Virus record (IMG/VR): IMGVR_UViG_3300010401_000033 | Location: 32,001 to 96,000 of that record | Source: a virus | Reading direction: 5' to 3' (one strand) | Length of the DNA stretch: 64,000 bases | Part shown: positions 43,935 through 54,669 of the stretch, piece by piece | How positions within the stretch are numbered: position 1 is the stretch's first letter | Layout: each line of letters starts with the position of its first letter | Program-made: the position numbers and the translations under genes | The notes under the pieces: model-generated | What the model was told of the DNA's origin: nothing | Database searches by the model: none | Seen by the model: the letters and a program-made list of their open reading frames with translations, nothing else

Positions 43935-46900
43935 TTACAGAATCACCCAACGTGACCCTGATGGAACTGTCACAATGACGTTTGTATTTATGGTGATCGG
44001 GCCCGTAGACATCGCGGATCGCCCTGTGGCAATCGCATAATTCGCTGTCACATTTTGGTCATTTTCATAGAACACCCTGTCTGTGCCTGTTCCCTTCGCG
44101 CCTGCTTCAAAGGTCACGGTATCTGTGGTAGCATTCGTGGTGATCGTCATACCGTTTGCTGCCACGATAGTCAGTGTGTCTGTATTAGAATCTGCTACAA
44201 CATCTGATTGCCCTGCTACCGTGATCGTGACAAAGGAATTCTGTGCTGCCCCGTTGGCTTTATCACGCGCATATTGATCCGTGGAAGTCACAGTGGAAGC
44301 AATCGTGATGGAGCCTTTGTCATTGGTAATAGCGATGCCTGTGCCCTGACTGAGTGTATTCAGATCATAACCACCGGAGACCGTGTTGCCAATGAGGATT
44401 GCGCCGTTGACTAAGGAGGCGGCGGTTTGACCAGTACCTCCACGTCCGACGGCTAATGTGCCCGAGGTTATAGCCGCAGCAGAAATGGCAATCGCAGTAT
44501 TCGTAACGCTCGTGACGTGCCCATTGGAGTCCACCACAACTTTAGGTACGGTTGCAGCATCACCGTAACCAGAAGCCGTGACCCCTGAGGTGGCATGAGA
44601 AATGACCCCAGTGGTGGAATCGTAATTGATTGGTGCCGTGTTAGAAATGTTGGCACGGATTTGTGCCGCGGTGTAAATTGCGGTGTTGCCATTGGCATAG
44701 GCAGCGTTGGCGCGAGCGAATGCAGCATCAGCATTAGTGGTCGCAATGTTCGCTTTTGCAAAGGCGGCGTTGGCTTGCGCTTGAGCAAAGGCATCGGAGG
44801 AGGCAATCGTGATTGAGCCTTTATCATTTGTGATCGTGATGTTGGTGCCTGGGGTGATCGCATTGACATCAAACCCACCAGAGACCGTGTTCCCAATTAA
44901 GAGGGACCCATTCACTGTGATCGCAGTTTGCCCAGTACCCCCACGTCCGACGGCTAACGTACCAGACGTAATGGCGGCCGCAGAAATAGCAATAGACGTG
45001 TTGGTGACACTTGTGACATGTCCTTTATCATCTACCACAACTTTTGCGACTGTCGCAGCATCACCATATCCTGACGTTACAGCGCCAGAGAGCGCATGGG
45101 AGATGACTCCCGTTGTCGGCTCGTAGTTGATCGGAGCCGTGTTAGAAATGTTGGCACGGATTTGTGCAGCAGTATAGATGGCGCCATTGGCTTTGTCAAA
45201 TGCCGCCTGTCCGGTCGTTGTAGCACTATTCGCAGTGTCCCTGGCGAATTGATCTCCAGTTGATGCAATCGTGATGGTATCATTTGGAGCATCAGTGATA
45301 ATTGACGTGTAGGTACCCGCTACAAGAATTAAGGTATCAGCATTTGAGTCGGCAATAACATTGTTCTGCCCAGCGACATTGATCGTGACGAAGGAGAGTT
45401 GCGCCGCCCCATTGGCTTTCGCAAAAGCAGCGTCGGCATTCGTGGTCGCAATGTTGGCTTGATTATACGCAGAGGCAGCAATGATCCCATCGGTGTTCGC
45501 CTTATCAAACGCCGCCTGACCAGTCACGGAGGCACTGTTGGCAGTATCACGGGCAAACTGATCGCCTGTGGATGAGATTGTGATGGTATCGTTGGCATCA
45601 TCAGTGGTGATAGAGGTGTATGTGCCAGCAACCAAGATGAGTGTGTCGGAATTTGAATCCGCTACAATGTTATTTTGTCCAGCGACATTGATCGTGACGA
45701 AGGAGAGTTGTGCTGACCCGTTGGCTTTATCAAATGCTCCTTGAGCAAGATTATTTGAAGAATTGGCTTTGTCAAATGCAGCGTTTGCCTGATCCCTTGC
45801 AAATTGGTCCAGTGCCGATCCACCTGTCGCCGCAATCGTGATGGAGCCCTTGTCATTCGTAATAAGAATTCCGGTGCCCTGGGTCAATGGGTTAACATCA
45901 AACCCACCAGACACGGTGTTACCAATGAGCAGTGAGCCATTGACGGTGATGGCAGTTTGTCCTGTTCCCCCTCTATTCACCCCCAAGGTACCCGAGGTGA
46001 TCTGCGATGCACTAATGGCAATAGCAGTGTTCGTGACACTTGTGACGTGCCCATTGGAGTCCACCACAACCTTTGCCACCGTTGCTGCATCACCGTAGCC
46101 AGATGCCGTGGCACCAGATAAGGCGTGACTAATAACTCCTGTTGAAGGATCATAATTGATTGGTGCGGTGTTGGAAATGTTCGCACGAATCTGTGCCGCG
46201 GTGTAGATCGCGCCATTGGCTTTATCAAAGGCGGCGTTTGCCTGATCCCTCGCAAATTGATCGGAGGAGGCACCTCCTGTTGCGGTAAATGTGATGGTGT
46301 CGTTGGCATCGTCTGTCGTAATGACCATGCCTGTTCCCGCCACCAAAACTAACGTGTCGGTGTTGGAATCTGCTATGACATTGTTCTGACCCGCTACATT
46401 AACAGTGAGGAAGGTATTTTGTGCCGCTCCATTGGCTTTGTTGCGAGCATACGTATCAATTGAGGAGAAACCATTTATCCCAACGGGGCGCCAATTGGCT
46501 TTGAGGCGAATGTTCCAGTTTGTGAGGGTGCCTAGTACGTTTGGGTTCCCTGACGATTTTGTTGGAACGATAAGATTGCCCCCCGCAGCACTGATAAAGA
46601 AGTACGCATTGGCAGCATCCACCGCCATGTAATTGAGTGCATAGGTTGAGGAGTGAAAGTTACCCTTTGCTTGAATAACATCCCCGATAGACCACCCGAA
46701 CAACCCTTCACCTGTATCCGCCACGGCAACCAAGTCTGCATCGTAAGAAGTTGGAATACCTCCAAGTCCATGAGGCACCGAGATAACAAATAATCCGCTA
46801 CTGAATGCTTGCAATGAGGATACGAAATCCCAGTCACCATTAGAAAGGGCAGGTGAGGTGACCGCAATCGTAATGGTATCATTTGGTGCATCAGTTATTA

Positions 46901-48620
46901 TAGAAATCCCGTTACCACCAACCAATACGAGTGTGTCATTATTTGAATCCGCGACGATATCGGATTGCCCTGCGACATTGATTGTGACAAAAGAATTCTG
47001 TGCTGCTCCATTGGCTTTGTCACGCGCATATTGATCTGTGGACGATCCGCCGGTCGCGGCAATGACAATAGAACCTTTGTCGTTCGTGATGGCAATACCA
47101 GTGCCCTGTGTCAAGGTGTTGACATCAAACCCACCAGAGACCGTGTTGCCAATTAAGAGGGAACCATTCACCGTAATAGCGGTCTGTCCTGTTCCACCTT
47201 TGGAGACCGGTACTGTCGTGAGTGAGATGACGCCCGATGCAGGGTCATAGAGGATCGGAGTGGTGTTGGAGATATTCGCTCGGATTTGTCCTGCCGTATA
47301 GATCGCGGTATTCGCGTTTGCGTAGGCAGCATTGGCTCTGTCAAAGGCACCTTGTGCCAAGGTTCGGTCGATGGCAACATTAGTTACCGCAGTGACATGC
47401 CCGTTTGAATCTACCGAGATAGAAGGTACAAAATTTGTATTGCCGTAGGTTGTCGCGGTGACTCCTGAGAGAGCATGGGAAATTATGCCTGTAGAAGGGT
47501 CATAATTGATCGGAGCGGTGTTTGAAATGTTGGATCGTATCTGCGCTGCGGTGTAAATCGCACCATTGGCTTTGTCAAATGCCGCCTGGCCAGTGACGTT
47601 TGCGGTATTTGCCTGATTAAATGCAGCGTTAGCAATATCCCTCGCAAATTGATCCGTGGCGCCTGCCCCGGTTTGGACTGCTACGTTGCTCACCGAGGTA
47701 ACATGTCCGTTTGCATCCACCACAAACACAGGGATATGGGACGCATCACCGTAGCCTGATGGGGTCACCCCGGACGTAGCGTGACTGATAACTCCTGTGG
47801 AGGAATCGTAATTGATTGGTGCGGTATTAGAAATGTTGGATCGTATCTGCTCGGCAGTATAGATTGCGGTATTCGCATTCGCATACGCGGCGTTGGCTTT
47901 GGCAAAGGCAGCGTCGGCATTGGTGGTCGCTATGTTCGCCTGAGCATAGGCTGACGCCGCAACAATTCCATCAGTATTGGCTTTATCAAATGCGGCTTGG
48001 GCGGTGACGTTCGCAGAGTTGGCTTTGGCAAAGGCAGCGTCGGCGTTCGTGGTCGCTATGTTGGCTTGATTGTACGCTGAGGCAGCAACCGTATTGGCAG
48101 TAGTGGCTAATGTAAAATCTGTATTGGCTTTATCAAACGCAGCCTGGCCAATGACGTTCGCGGTATTTGCCTGATTAAATGCAGCGTTGGCTTGATCTCT
48201 GGCGAACTGGTCAAAACTTGGAGGGAGCGCAATGGCTGTATTGGTGATAGACGTGACATGACCCTTGGCATCCACCGTGATGGTCGGAACAAAGGTCGTA
48301 TTCCCATAGGTCGCCGGGGTAACTGTAGAATCTGCGTGGCTGATAACCCCAGTGGTTGGGCTGTAATTGATTGGTGCCGTGTTAGAAATGTTGGCACGGA
48401 TTTGCGCCGCGGTGTAGATCGCGGTATTTGCCTCAGCAAAGGCAGCGTTGGCAGTGTCATAGGCAGCATTCGCCTGATCAAATGCACCAGCAGCCACATG
48501 GCGAGCATATTGATCGTCGCCTGCACCGGCGCTCGCTGATGTGGTAACAGAAGTAGGTTTTCCCCCCTTCACCTGAACAAGAATAGGTGGTGGGTTAGTG
48601 ATTATGATTTTATCTGGCAT
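43935..48620 (-). CDS. Long modular tail fibre protein (1561 aa)
   Basis: Three interleaved repeat modules plus heptad ANAAFDK segments; C-terminal GPITINTNVIVTVPSGSRWVIL. Confidence 0.85.
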   Translation of the reverse strand: MPDKIIITNPPPILVQVKGGKPTSVTTSASAGAGDDQYARHVAAGAFDQANAAYDTANAAFAEANTAIYTAAQIRANISNTAPINYSPTTGVISHADSTVTPATYGNTTFVPTITVDAKGHVTSITNTAIALPPSFDQFARDQANAAFNQANTANVIGQAAFDKANTDFTLATTANTVAASAYNQANIATTNADAAFAKANSANVTAQAAFDKANTDGIVAASAYAQANIATTNADAAFAKANAAYANANTAIYTAEQIRSNISNTAPINYDSSTGVISHATSGVTPSGYGDASHIPVFVVDANGHVTSVSNVAVQTGAGATDQFARDIANAAFNQANTANVTGQAAFDKANGAIYTAAQIRSNISNTAPINYDPSTGIISHALSGVTATTYGNTNFVPSISVDSNGHVTAVTNVAIDRTLAQGAFDRANAAYANANTAIYTAGQIRANISNTTPILYDPASGVISLTTVPVSKGGTGQTAITVNGSLLIGNTVSGGFDVNTLTQGTGIAITNDKGSIVIAATGGSSTDQYARDKANGAAQNSFVTINVAGQSDIVADSNNDTLVLVGGNGISIITDAPNDTITIAVTSPALSNGDWDFVSSLQAFSSGLFVISVPHGLGGIPTSYDADLVAVADTGEGLFGWSIGDVIQAKGNFHSSTYALNYMAVDAANAYFFISAAGGNLIVPTKSSGNPNVLGTLTNWNIRLKANWRPVGINGFSSIDTYARNKANGAAQNTFLTVNVAGQNNVIADSNTDTLVLVAGTGMVITTDDANDTITFTATGGASSDQFARDQANAAFDKANGAIYTAAQIRANISNTAPINYDPSTGVISHALSGATASGYGDAATVAKVVVDSNGHVTSVTNTAIAISASQITSGTLGVNRGGTGQTAITVNGSLLIGNTVSGGFDVNPLTQGTGILITNDKGSITIAATGGSALDQFARDQANAAFDKANSSNNLAQGAFDKANGSAQLSFVTINVAGQNNIVADSNSDTLILVAGTYTSITTDDANDTITISSTGDQFARDTANSASVTGQAAFDKANTDGIIAASAYNQANIATTNADAAFAKANGAAQLSFVTINVAGQNNVIADSNADTLILVAGTYTSIITDAPNDTITIASTGDQFARDTANSATTTGQAAFDKANGAIYTAAQIRANISNTAPINYEPTTGVISHALSGAVTSGYGDAATVAKVVVDDKGHVTSVTNTSIAISAAAITSGTLAVGRGGTGQTAITVNGSLLIGNTVSGGFDVNAITPGTNITITNDKGSITIASSDAFAQAQANAAFAKANIATTNADAAFARANAAYANGNTAIYTAAQIRANISNTAPINYDSTTGVISHATSGVTASGYGDAATVPKVVVDSNGHVTSVTNTAIAISAAAITSGTLAVGRGGTGQTAASLVNGAILIGNTVSGGYDLNTLSQGTGIAITNDKGSITIASTVTSTDQYARDKANGAAQNSFVTITVAGQSDVVADSNTDTLTIVAANGMTITTNATTDTVTFEAGAKGTGTDRVFYENDQNVTANYAIATGRSAMSTGPITINTNVIVTVPSGSRWVIL

Positions 48621-48953
48621 TTAGTGGGTGGCTCCAGGGTTCACCACGACAATACCTTGGATCAATCGTTGGCGAATTCCCGCATTTGAGGTTGAAACTA
48701 CATCATAGACGTAACGACCTGGGGTGAGTAGTCCAGTGTTTGCCGCAGTCATAGAAAGGGTAATTTCTCCATTACCTGCATCAGTGAGTACTGTGGTGAT
48801 GGTGTTGGATTTTGCAGAAAAGAATGATTTGCGAAGTTCAGTGTTGGCATAGAACCCAAGAAGGTTCTGTGCGGCTCCGTTGGCAGTCCGAACCGTGATG
48901 ACCCGTGTAAAATCCGAGAATTGTTCAAGTTCTAAGGGAACGTATCCAGCCAT
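48621..48953 (-). CDS. Small virion/baseplate-associated protein (BppU-like Ig fold)
   Basis: GEITLSMTAANT..L.PGRYVYDV, RLIQGIVVVNPG. Confidence 0.75.
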   Translation of the reverse strand: MAGYVPLELEQFSDFTRVITVRTANGAAQNLLGFYANTELRKSFFSAKSNTITTVLTDAGNGEITLSMTAANTGLLTPGRYVYDVVSTSNAGIRQRLIQGIVVVNPGATH

Positions 48954-48996
48954 CGTACACCTCGTTGGTTATTCAGTCTATTTATGTGTTCATTGA

Positions 48997-50913
48997 TTAG
49001 AAGGTGATGCTTGTCACATACGCATAGTAGCCCAGCCCCTGGGGGTTGCAGTATACAAAATTCCAACCATCCTGTGTAATCAACCCACTATATGTCAATT
49101 GGAACGCACTACCAGGCACCCCACACGGAGTTTGACCTCGGCTGAGGGTGTCGTTTCCAGAATTTCCAAAATTCATCTCAAAGGAATATCGGCCCCCAAT
49201 GGCAAAGTTTCCTCCAAAGGTAGCGTTATAACTTCCTCCAAAGAATTGTATCGTGCAGGGAATTGGAGGGACACATGATTGGAGAGGCATCGGTTGGAGT
49301 CCTGTTGTCGCCGTCGAAGTAAACACCAGCCAATCAGGATCAAATCCTGTCACCATTGTTCTATTCTGCTGGTGATATTCCTTAAAATTACTTGATGCGT
49401 TATTGTTGACATAACTAATGAGACAGTATTGATTATACCCGCTTGGTAGAACAAGTCCAGTATTATTTTCCTCCATACTGATCTGAAAAAATAGGTCTTG
49501 GGGCCCGGCTCCAACTCCTGTCGCATTCGCCGCAACCTTCCAGGTGCTGGTCACCACATTCCAGATACGACAATCTCCATATCCAGAATTGATTGTCAGA
49601 TTTCCGCTGGTGTATCCAACGTTCGCCATCCAGTTTTGTTGCCCAGGTCCAAGAGGTGCCGTGTTTCCTGTGAAGGCAATGGAATTGGCAGTATCAGCCA
49701 CCGCGGTTCCAAAATCTCCCTCTGCCACGATATGATAACGATTTCCTGCACCGAGTGTGGCAGTCGTATCAAAAACAAATCTGAATTGAAATGGGGAAGT
49801 GGGAACAGTCTGTACAGATAGTCTCTGTGAAGTGCAAAGAATACCTCCATCCGCATTACCTGTTCCATCATCCCCCTCAATAGAAACCCACACATTACCC
49901 GTTGGGGTCAGGACTTTCTGGATTCTCACGTCTACAGAAGCCAAATTGCCAGTTCTGGATGGAACAAAACTTTGCGTAACTTTTGTGCAATACCTCATGG
50001 CAGGAATGGTCAGGGCGGTGTCACCTCTCCTCAGATACACCAGTTGCGAATCTGTGGCAGGCCAATTAGCATCCAGCACCCTATCAAGCATACGGTGGAG
50101 GAGCAGAGCCCTTGCGCCTGTACTGCTATTCCGAATGGCATAAACCTCATACCACGTACTGGCGGCCTCTACACTGTTAGCATCACGCCCCCCGGCACCG
50201 GAGATGGTAATGTCGGCCACGAGGTTATTCCAATCAGGGATATATTCCCCATCCTGCATCGTGATGCCGTCAGCGTGTTTCAACAACACCTGGGAGGATT
50301 TTTTCGTTGGATCGTAGTGTGTTCCAATGAATACTCCGGTGGCCCTCTGACTACCGGACACGGCAAACCAACTCTGCTTCACAGAAGAACTTGCATTCAC
50401 GCTCAACACTTGACCATCACTTCCCACAGGAAGCCGATGGGCCGTATTCGCAGCAAACCCTACCAGCAAATCTCCTGTGGTGACGAAAATGTTTGCTGTG
50501 TTGTCTGGACCCGTACCTCCCGAAATTGTGGCGACAGCATTATCCACATAGAATTTTGATGCGATGCCACTATTTGTGGTTGGGCTTCCTGTCACATACC
50601 CAAAGGTGATTGTGGCATTCGTGATAATGGCGGTGTTGATCGTGGCGATACCGATATTCGCTACATTGATGAGTGCAGTGGAAATGTTCGCAGTGTCAAA
50701 GAACCCATTCTCAAACACTCCATTGGTGACATTCAATGATTCAAATTCATATACCACATCATAGGATGAATTGGCCGTGTTATAACGAACGGTTCCACCA
50801 TAATCTACGGTGTTTGCCACAGTATGTACGGCATAAGTCACCTCGCCGGCTGGTACCGGAACGGGAAGGATAGGAATTGGAGTCGTAGGTTTATTTTGCC
50901 AGACAAATCCCAT
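48997..50913 (-). CDS. Virion fibre/receptor-binding-like protein, paralogue 4 of 4
   Basis: ANI/ATI pentapeptide repeats, GDLLVG, TWYEVYAIRN, LPSGYNQYCLISYV. Confidence 0.75.
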   Translation of the reverse strand: MGFVWQNKPTTPIPILPVPVPAGEVTYAVHTVANTVDYGGTVRYNTANSSYDVVYEFESLNVTNGVFENGFFDTANISTALINVANIGIATINTAIITNATITFGYVTGSPTTNSGIASKFYVDNAVATISGGTGPDNTANIFVTTGDLLVGFAANTAHRLPVGSDGQVLSVNASSSVKQSWFAVSGSQRATGVFIGTHYDPTKKSSQVLLKHADGITMQDGEYIPDWNNLVADITISGAGGRDANSVEAASTWYEVYAIRNSSTGARALLLHRMLDRVLDANWPATDSQLVYLRRGDTALTIPAMRYCTKVTQSFVPSRTGNLASVDVRIQKVLTPTGNVWVSIEGDDGTGNADGGILCTSQRLSVQTVPTSPFQFRFVFDTTATLGAGNRYHIVAEGDFGTAVADTANSIAFTGNTAPLGPGQQNWMANVGYTSGNLTINSGYGDCRIWNVVTSTWKVAANATGVGAGPQDLFFQISMEENNTGLVLPSGYNQYCLISYVNNNASSNFKEYHQQNRTMVTGFDPDWLVFTSTATTGLQPMPLQSCVPPIPCTIQFFGGSYNATFGGNFAIGGRYSFEMNFGNSGNDTLSRGQTPCGVPGSAFQLTYSGLITQDGWNFVYCNPQGLGYYAYVTSITF

Positions 50914-50921
50914 GATGTTCC

Positions 50922-52730
50922 TTAGAATAAAACCGCAGTGGTGTAGAGTCTACAATTGACGTTTTGCATACGAGCGAGCACAACTTGTTCTTCAACTACA
51001 ATCATCCCGTAGGGGCCTAGGGTCGGATTGGCTACTGTAGTCAATTGATTTCGTGTGTTACAGGTGACTGAACCAGGGGTGCCGCTTCCAGCGATTTCAA
51101 TGATGGGCATATCTGTGGATGCCACCCCTCCAACAGGCACATGAGTTTTTGGACTTCCTCCGGTGAGCCAGTGATAGAATTGTACCGAGCATGTCACTGG
51201 GGGCACGTACCCCGACAAATCAACCGCCTCAATGAGCCCTGTGAGGGAGGTAAAGCATCGCCAATCAGAGGAGACCCCCATAACCATTGTGCGGTTTTTC
51301 TGGACGTATTGTTTGAATTTTCCGTTACTGTCATTATAAACATAACTGATAAGGCATCGCTGGTCGTACCCAGTAGGAAGCGTCACGGCCGTAATTGGAG
51401 TGCTGCGTATGAATGTTTTGAACCAGAAATCACTTGCTCCCCCAAGGGCTGATCCTGTTGCCCATGTGAGGGTGCTGGCCTCTTGTTCACTGGCTATTCC
51501 ACTGGCATATCCACCGGCAGCAAGACCACTTAAGGATGTATAGTTCGTGTCGCTCGCAGTATAATTTCCATGATAGACAATGTGATACGTGGTGCCGATG
51601 GACACACTGGTATTGGTGTCAAATAAGAACCGCATTCGGGCTTTATCCGTAGGCAGCCGAGACACATCCATCACACGACTCGTTGCCAGGACGGTGCCGC
51701 TAGGAAATGGGGTATTATCCGATTCAAGCGTGACCCAGATCAATCCTGTTGGGCTCCCCGTTCTTGCCACTTCCAATTCAACGCTGGTAAGAGGACCATT
51801 GGCAGCCGGGACAAAACTCTGCGCCAATAGTGATTTCCCACCAGTGATTTTATTCAATGGTCGTGAGGTGTCAGAAGCAACCACAAAGGATTGATCCAGG
51901 AGCACCTCCGTAGCGCGATGGAGGATAAGGCTATTCGCACCATTACTACTATTCCGAATGGCATGGACCTCATACCAATGCGAGGCACCTTCAACCCCTG
52001 TATCCAATCCCCCTGCACCAGAAATTTCAATATCCGCAGTCTTATTTTGCCATCCAGATGTACGAGTGCCATCATTCATGATGATTTCTCCGGCATAACG
52101 AAGAATCACAACATGATCGTTTCCAGAAAGATCGTAGTGAGTTTGAACCCAGAGATTATTGAATACCTCTTGCCCAGCCACATCAATCCAACGTAACCCA
52201 GTATTGGGAATCGTGCTATCAGCGATAAGGATTTGTCCATCAGTTCCCACAGGTAATCGTGTGGCGGTGTTTGGACCCGTACCCACTAGCAAATCACCTT
52301 TAGCGTCAATGATATTTTGCAGATCACTGCCTCCCGATGGAACGTTTGCCATCGCCGCATCCACATAATGCTTTGAGGCGATGCCAAGATTTGATGTAGG
52401 ATCGGACCCTACAAAACCATAGAGGATGTTGGCATTCATGATATTGGCTGTGGTGATACGTGCGACATTGATCGTCGCGGTAGAAATGTGTGCCGTGTTG
52501 ATCGTCATGTTGTTGAATTCAACATTTGTGAATGTGGCGACATTGATATTGGCGGTTGGCAACTCATACACAATGTCGTATGACACATTTGGAGTATTGT
52601 ACGAGAGAGTGCCCCCGGCATTCACCAGATTAGCAACGGCTTTTTGCTCATAGGTGATCTCTCCCGGTGGGACTGGGATGGGAAGATCGGTTGATGGAGG
52701 ATTTGGTTTATCTGTCCATTTGAAAGGCAT
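50922..52730 (-). CDS. Virion fibre/receptor-binding-like protein, paralogue 3 of 4
   Basis: Same motif order: KGDLLVG, HWYEVHAIRN, LPTGYDQRCLISYV. Confidence 0.75.
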   Translation of the reverse strand: MPFKWTDKPNPPSTDLPIPVPPGEITYEQKAVANLVNAGGTLSYNTPNVSYDIVYELPTANINVATFTNVEFNNMTINTAHISTATINVARITTANIMNANILYGFVGSDPTSNLGIASKHYVDAAMANVPSGGSDLQNIIDAKGDLLVGTGPNTATRLPVGTDGQILIADSTIPNTGLRWIDVAGQEVFNNLWVQTHYDLSGNDHVVILRYAGEIIMNDGTRTSGWQNKTADIEISGAGGLDTGVEGASHWYEVHAIRNSSNGANSLILHRATEVLLDQSFVVASDTSRPLNKITGGKSLLAQSFVPAANGPLTSVELEVARTGSPTGLIWVTLESDNTPFPSGTVLATSRVMDVSRLPTDKARMRFLFDTNTSVSIGTTYHIVYHGNYTASDTNYTSLSGLAAGGYASGIASEQEASTLTWATGSALGGASDFWFKTFIRSTPITAVTLPTGYDQRCLISYVYNDSNGKFKQYVQKNRTMVMGVSSDWRCFTSLTGLIEAVDLSGYVPPVTCSVQFYHWLTGGSPKTHVPVGGVASTDMPIIEIAGSGTPGSVTCNTRNQLTTVANPTLGPYGMIVVEEQVVLARMQNVNCRLYTTAVLF

Positions 52731-54646
52731 TAGAATTCAATTCCTGCGATATATAATTCACCCAACGTACTGCCTCCGCCATGATTAACATGGGCATTAA
52801 ACTCCACAAGGATCGGCCCAAGGGCTTTTGGTTCTCCACTACCTATTGATGCACTCAATGAGCCACTGATTTCTGATACCAAAGGTTGGACGGGCAATTC
52901 AGTACACGCAAGATTGCCGTGCCCGAACACCGCTTCTCCAGATGCCGCAGTCAATTTATAAATCCACACCAGGCATGGTACTGGTGGGACATATTCCCCC
53001 ATGTGGATGGGTTCAGGGAAAGCAACCTGAGCAGAATTATTCGCCCCAGGACTTTCTGCTCTTAGGGCATTTGACCCACCATTCTGATAATACATCCACT
53101 CATAGTGATAGGACATGGACATTTTATAATCACGCTGATGATACTCACGGAGCGTTGAGTGAAATGTTGTGGAGCAATAACTTACTAAACATTTCTGATC
53201 GTAACCGGCCGGCATGGTTACTGAGGTGCTGTTGGCTTCCACAAACGTTCTGAAATAGAGATTGGACGGACCCTGGGTTCCGTCAATTCCGGCTCCACTG
53301 TTAGACATCGCCCATCCGTTGGTATTTGCATTGAAGAACTTACAAACACCATTGGCATACGGAAACGAGGGGGTGGCGCTATCTCCAAAAATTTTAATAT
53401 AATTTATATTCGTTTGTACGTTGCCTTGTGTATAATCTGCATGAACAACCGCCCAGTAGGTGGTGTTAGAGGTGACATTGGCAGTGGTGTCAAAGGGGAA
53501 CCGTGTCCTCACAGAATCCGATGTGAGATTGCCAATACGTCCCGCTGAGACTCTTCGGCTGGTTGCCAGGATCGTTCCACTAGCGTTATTGGTTGCATCG
53601 TTGGTTTCCAGCGTTACCCACAGATTCCCCACTGGGGCACCTGTGCGGCCGATCGTGAGGTCAATACCCAAGAATGGTCCGTTGGATTGGGCGATAAATT
53701 TTTGCGCGACATTGATTGTGACGCTTTGGGTGGCCCCATAGACAAAATTGATGCTTCGTGAAACGGCTGCTGTAGGTGCATAATGAATATCAACTCGTGT
53801 ATCCTTCGCACGATGCAACAAGAGGGCCTGGGCACCGGAGGAACTATTGCGAATGGCATAAATTTCATAACAGGTATTCGGAAGAATGGTGCCCGTATCA
53901 ATGCCTCCGGCACCTGAGAGCGAGGTATCCGCTACAAGACCATTCCATCCAGTTGAGATTCTTTGCCCATCATCCATCACAATTTCATCAGTTTGAAGGA
54001 GAACAATTTGACTGTTCCTTGATCCTCCAGACCAGTTCGTTCCAATTACCATACCTCGGTGAGAAGAGGTGGAGCCTATTGGACCCGTCCAACGCATACC
54101 GGTATTTCCAGAACTTGATTCCGCCATAAGCACCTGCTTGTCAGTGGTGCCCACAGGAAATCGTTCGGCGGTATTATCCGAGACTCCGACAAGCAAATCA
54201 CCCGCAGCGAGAATCAATAATTGGAGATTGCCACCAGTCGGTGTGGAATTGGCAGCGAGGGCATCAACATATTCCTTTGTGGCAATCTGATCGTTTGAAG
54301 AGGGATTAACGCCCATCACTCCATTGGCAATCGTGGCACTCACGATATTGGCAGTGTTGATTGTGGCTACATTGATCGTGGCAGTGTTGATGGAAGCGTT
54401 GAGGTGAACCTGCACATTATCAGCCTCGAGGTGCGTCACATGAAGATCATGGACGTTGAGGCTTGGGAGGGTATAGAGAACATCGTACCCGACATTGCGG
54501 GTGTTGTAGGAGACCGTACCCAGGATAGGGCTCACGTTGACGGTGTTAGCGACAACGTGAACCTCGGTGGAGACTTCCGTGGGCCCAATAACGGGCGCTT
54601 CAACGGCTTCGGGAATGCGTGGATCGTTCACCCATACAAATGGCAT
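52730..54646 (-). CDS. Virion fibre/receptor-binding-like protein, paralogue 2 of 4
   Basis: AGDLLVG, TCYEIYAIRN, MPAGYDQKCLVSY; CATAAATA upstream at 54655-54662. Confidence 0.75.
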   Translation of the reverse strand: MPFVWVNDPRIPEAVEAPVIGPTEVSTEVHVVANTVNVSPILGTVSYNTRNVGYDVLYTLPSLNVHDLHVTHLEADNVQVHLNASINTATINVATINTANIVSATIANGVMGVNPSSNDQIATKEYVDALAANSTPTGGNLQLLILAAGDLLVGVSDNTAERFPVGTTDKQVLMAESSSGNTGMRWTGPIGSTSSHRGMVIGTNWSGGSRNSQIVLLQTDEIVMDDGQRISTGWNGLVADTSLSGAGGIDTGTILPNTCYEIYAIRNSSSGAQALLLHRAKDTRVDIHYAPTAAVSRSINFVYGATQSVTINVAQKFIAQSNGPFLGIDLTIGRTGAPVGNLWVTLETNDATNNASGTILATSRRVSAGRIGNLTSDSVRTRFPFDTTANVTSNTTYWAVVHADYTQGNVQTNINYIKIFGDSATPSFPYANGVCKFFNANTNGWAMSNSGAGIDGTQGPSNLYFRTFVEANSTSVTMPAGYDQKCLVSYCSTTFHSTLREYHQRDYKMSMSYHYEWMYYQNGGSNALRAESPGANNSAQVAFPEPIHMGEYVPPVPCLVWIYKLTAASGEAVFGHGNLACTELPVQPLVSEISGSLSASIGSGEPKALGPILVEFNAHVNHGGGSTLGELYIAGIEF

Positions 54647-54669
54647 AGTAAGGGTATTTATGAGTCACT

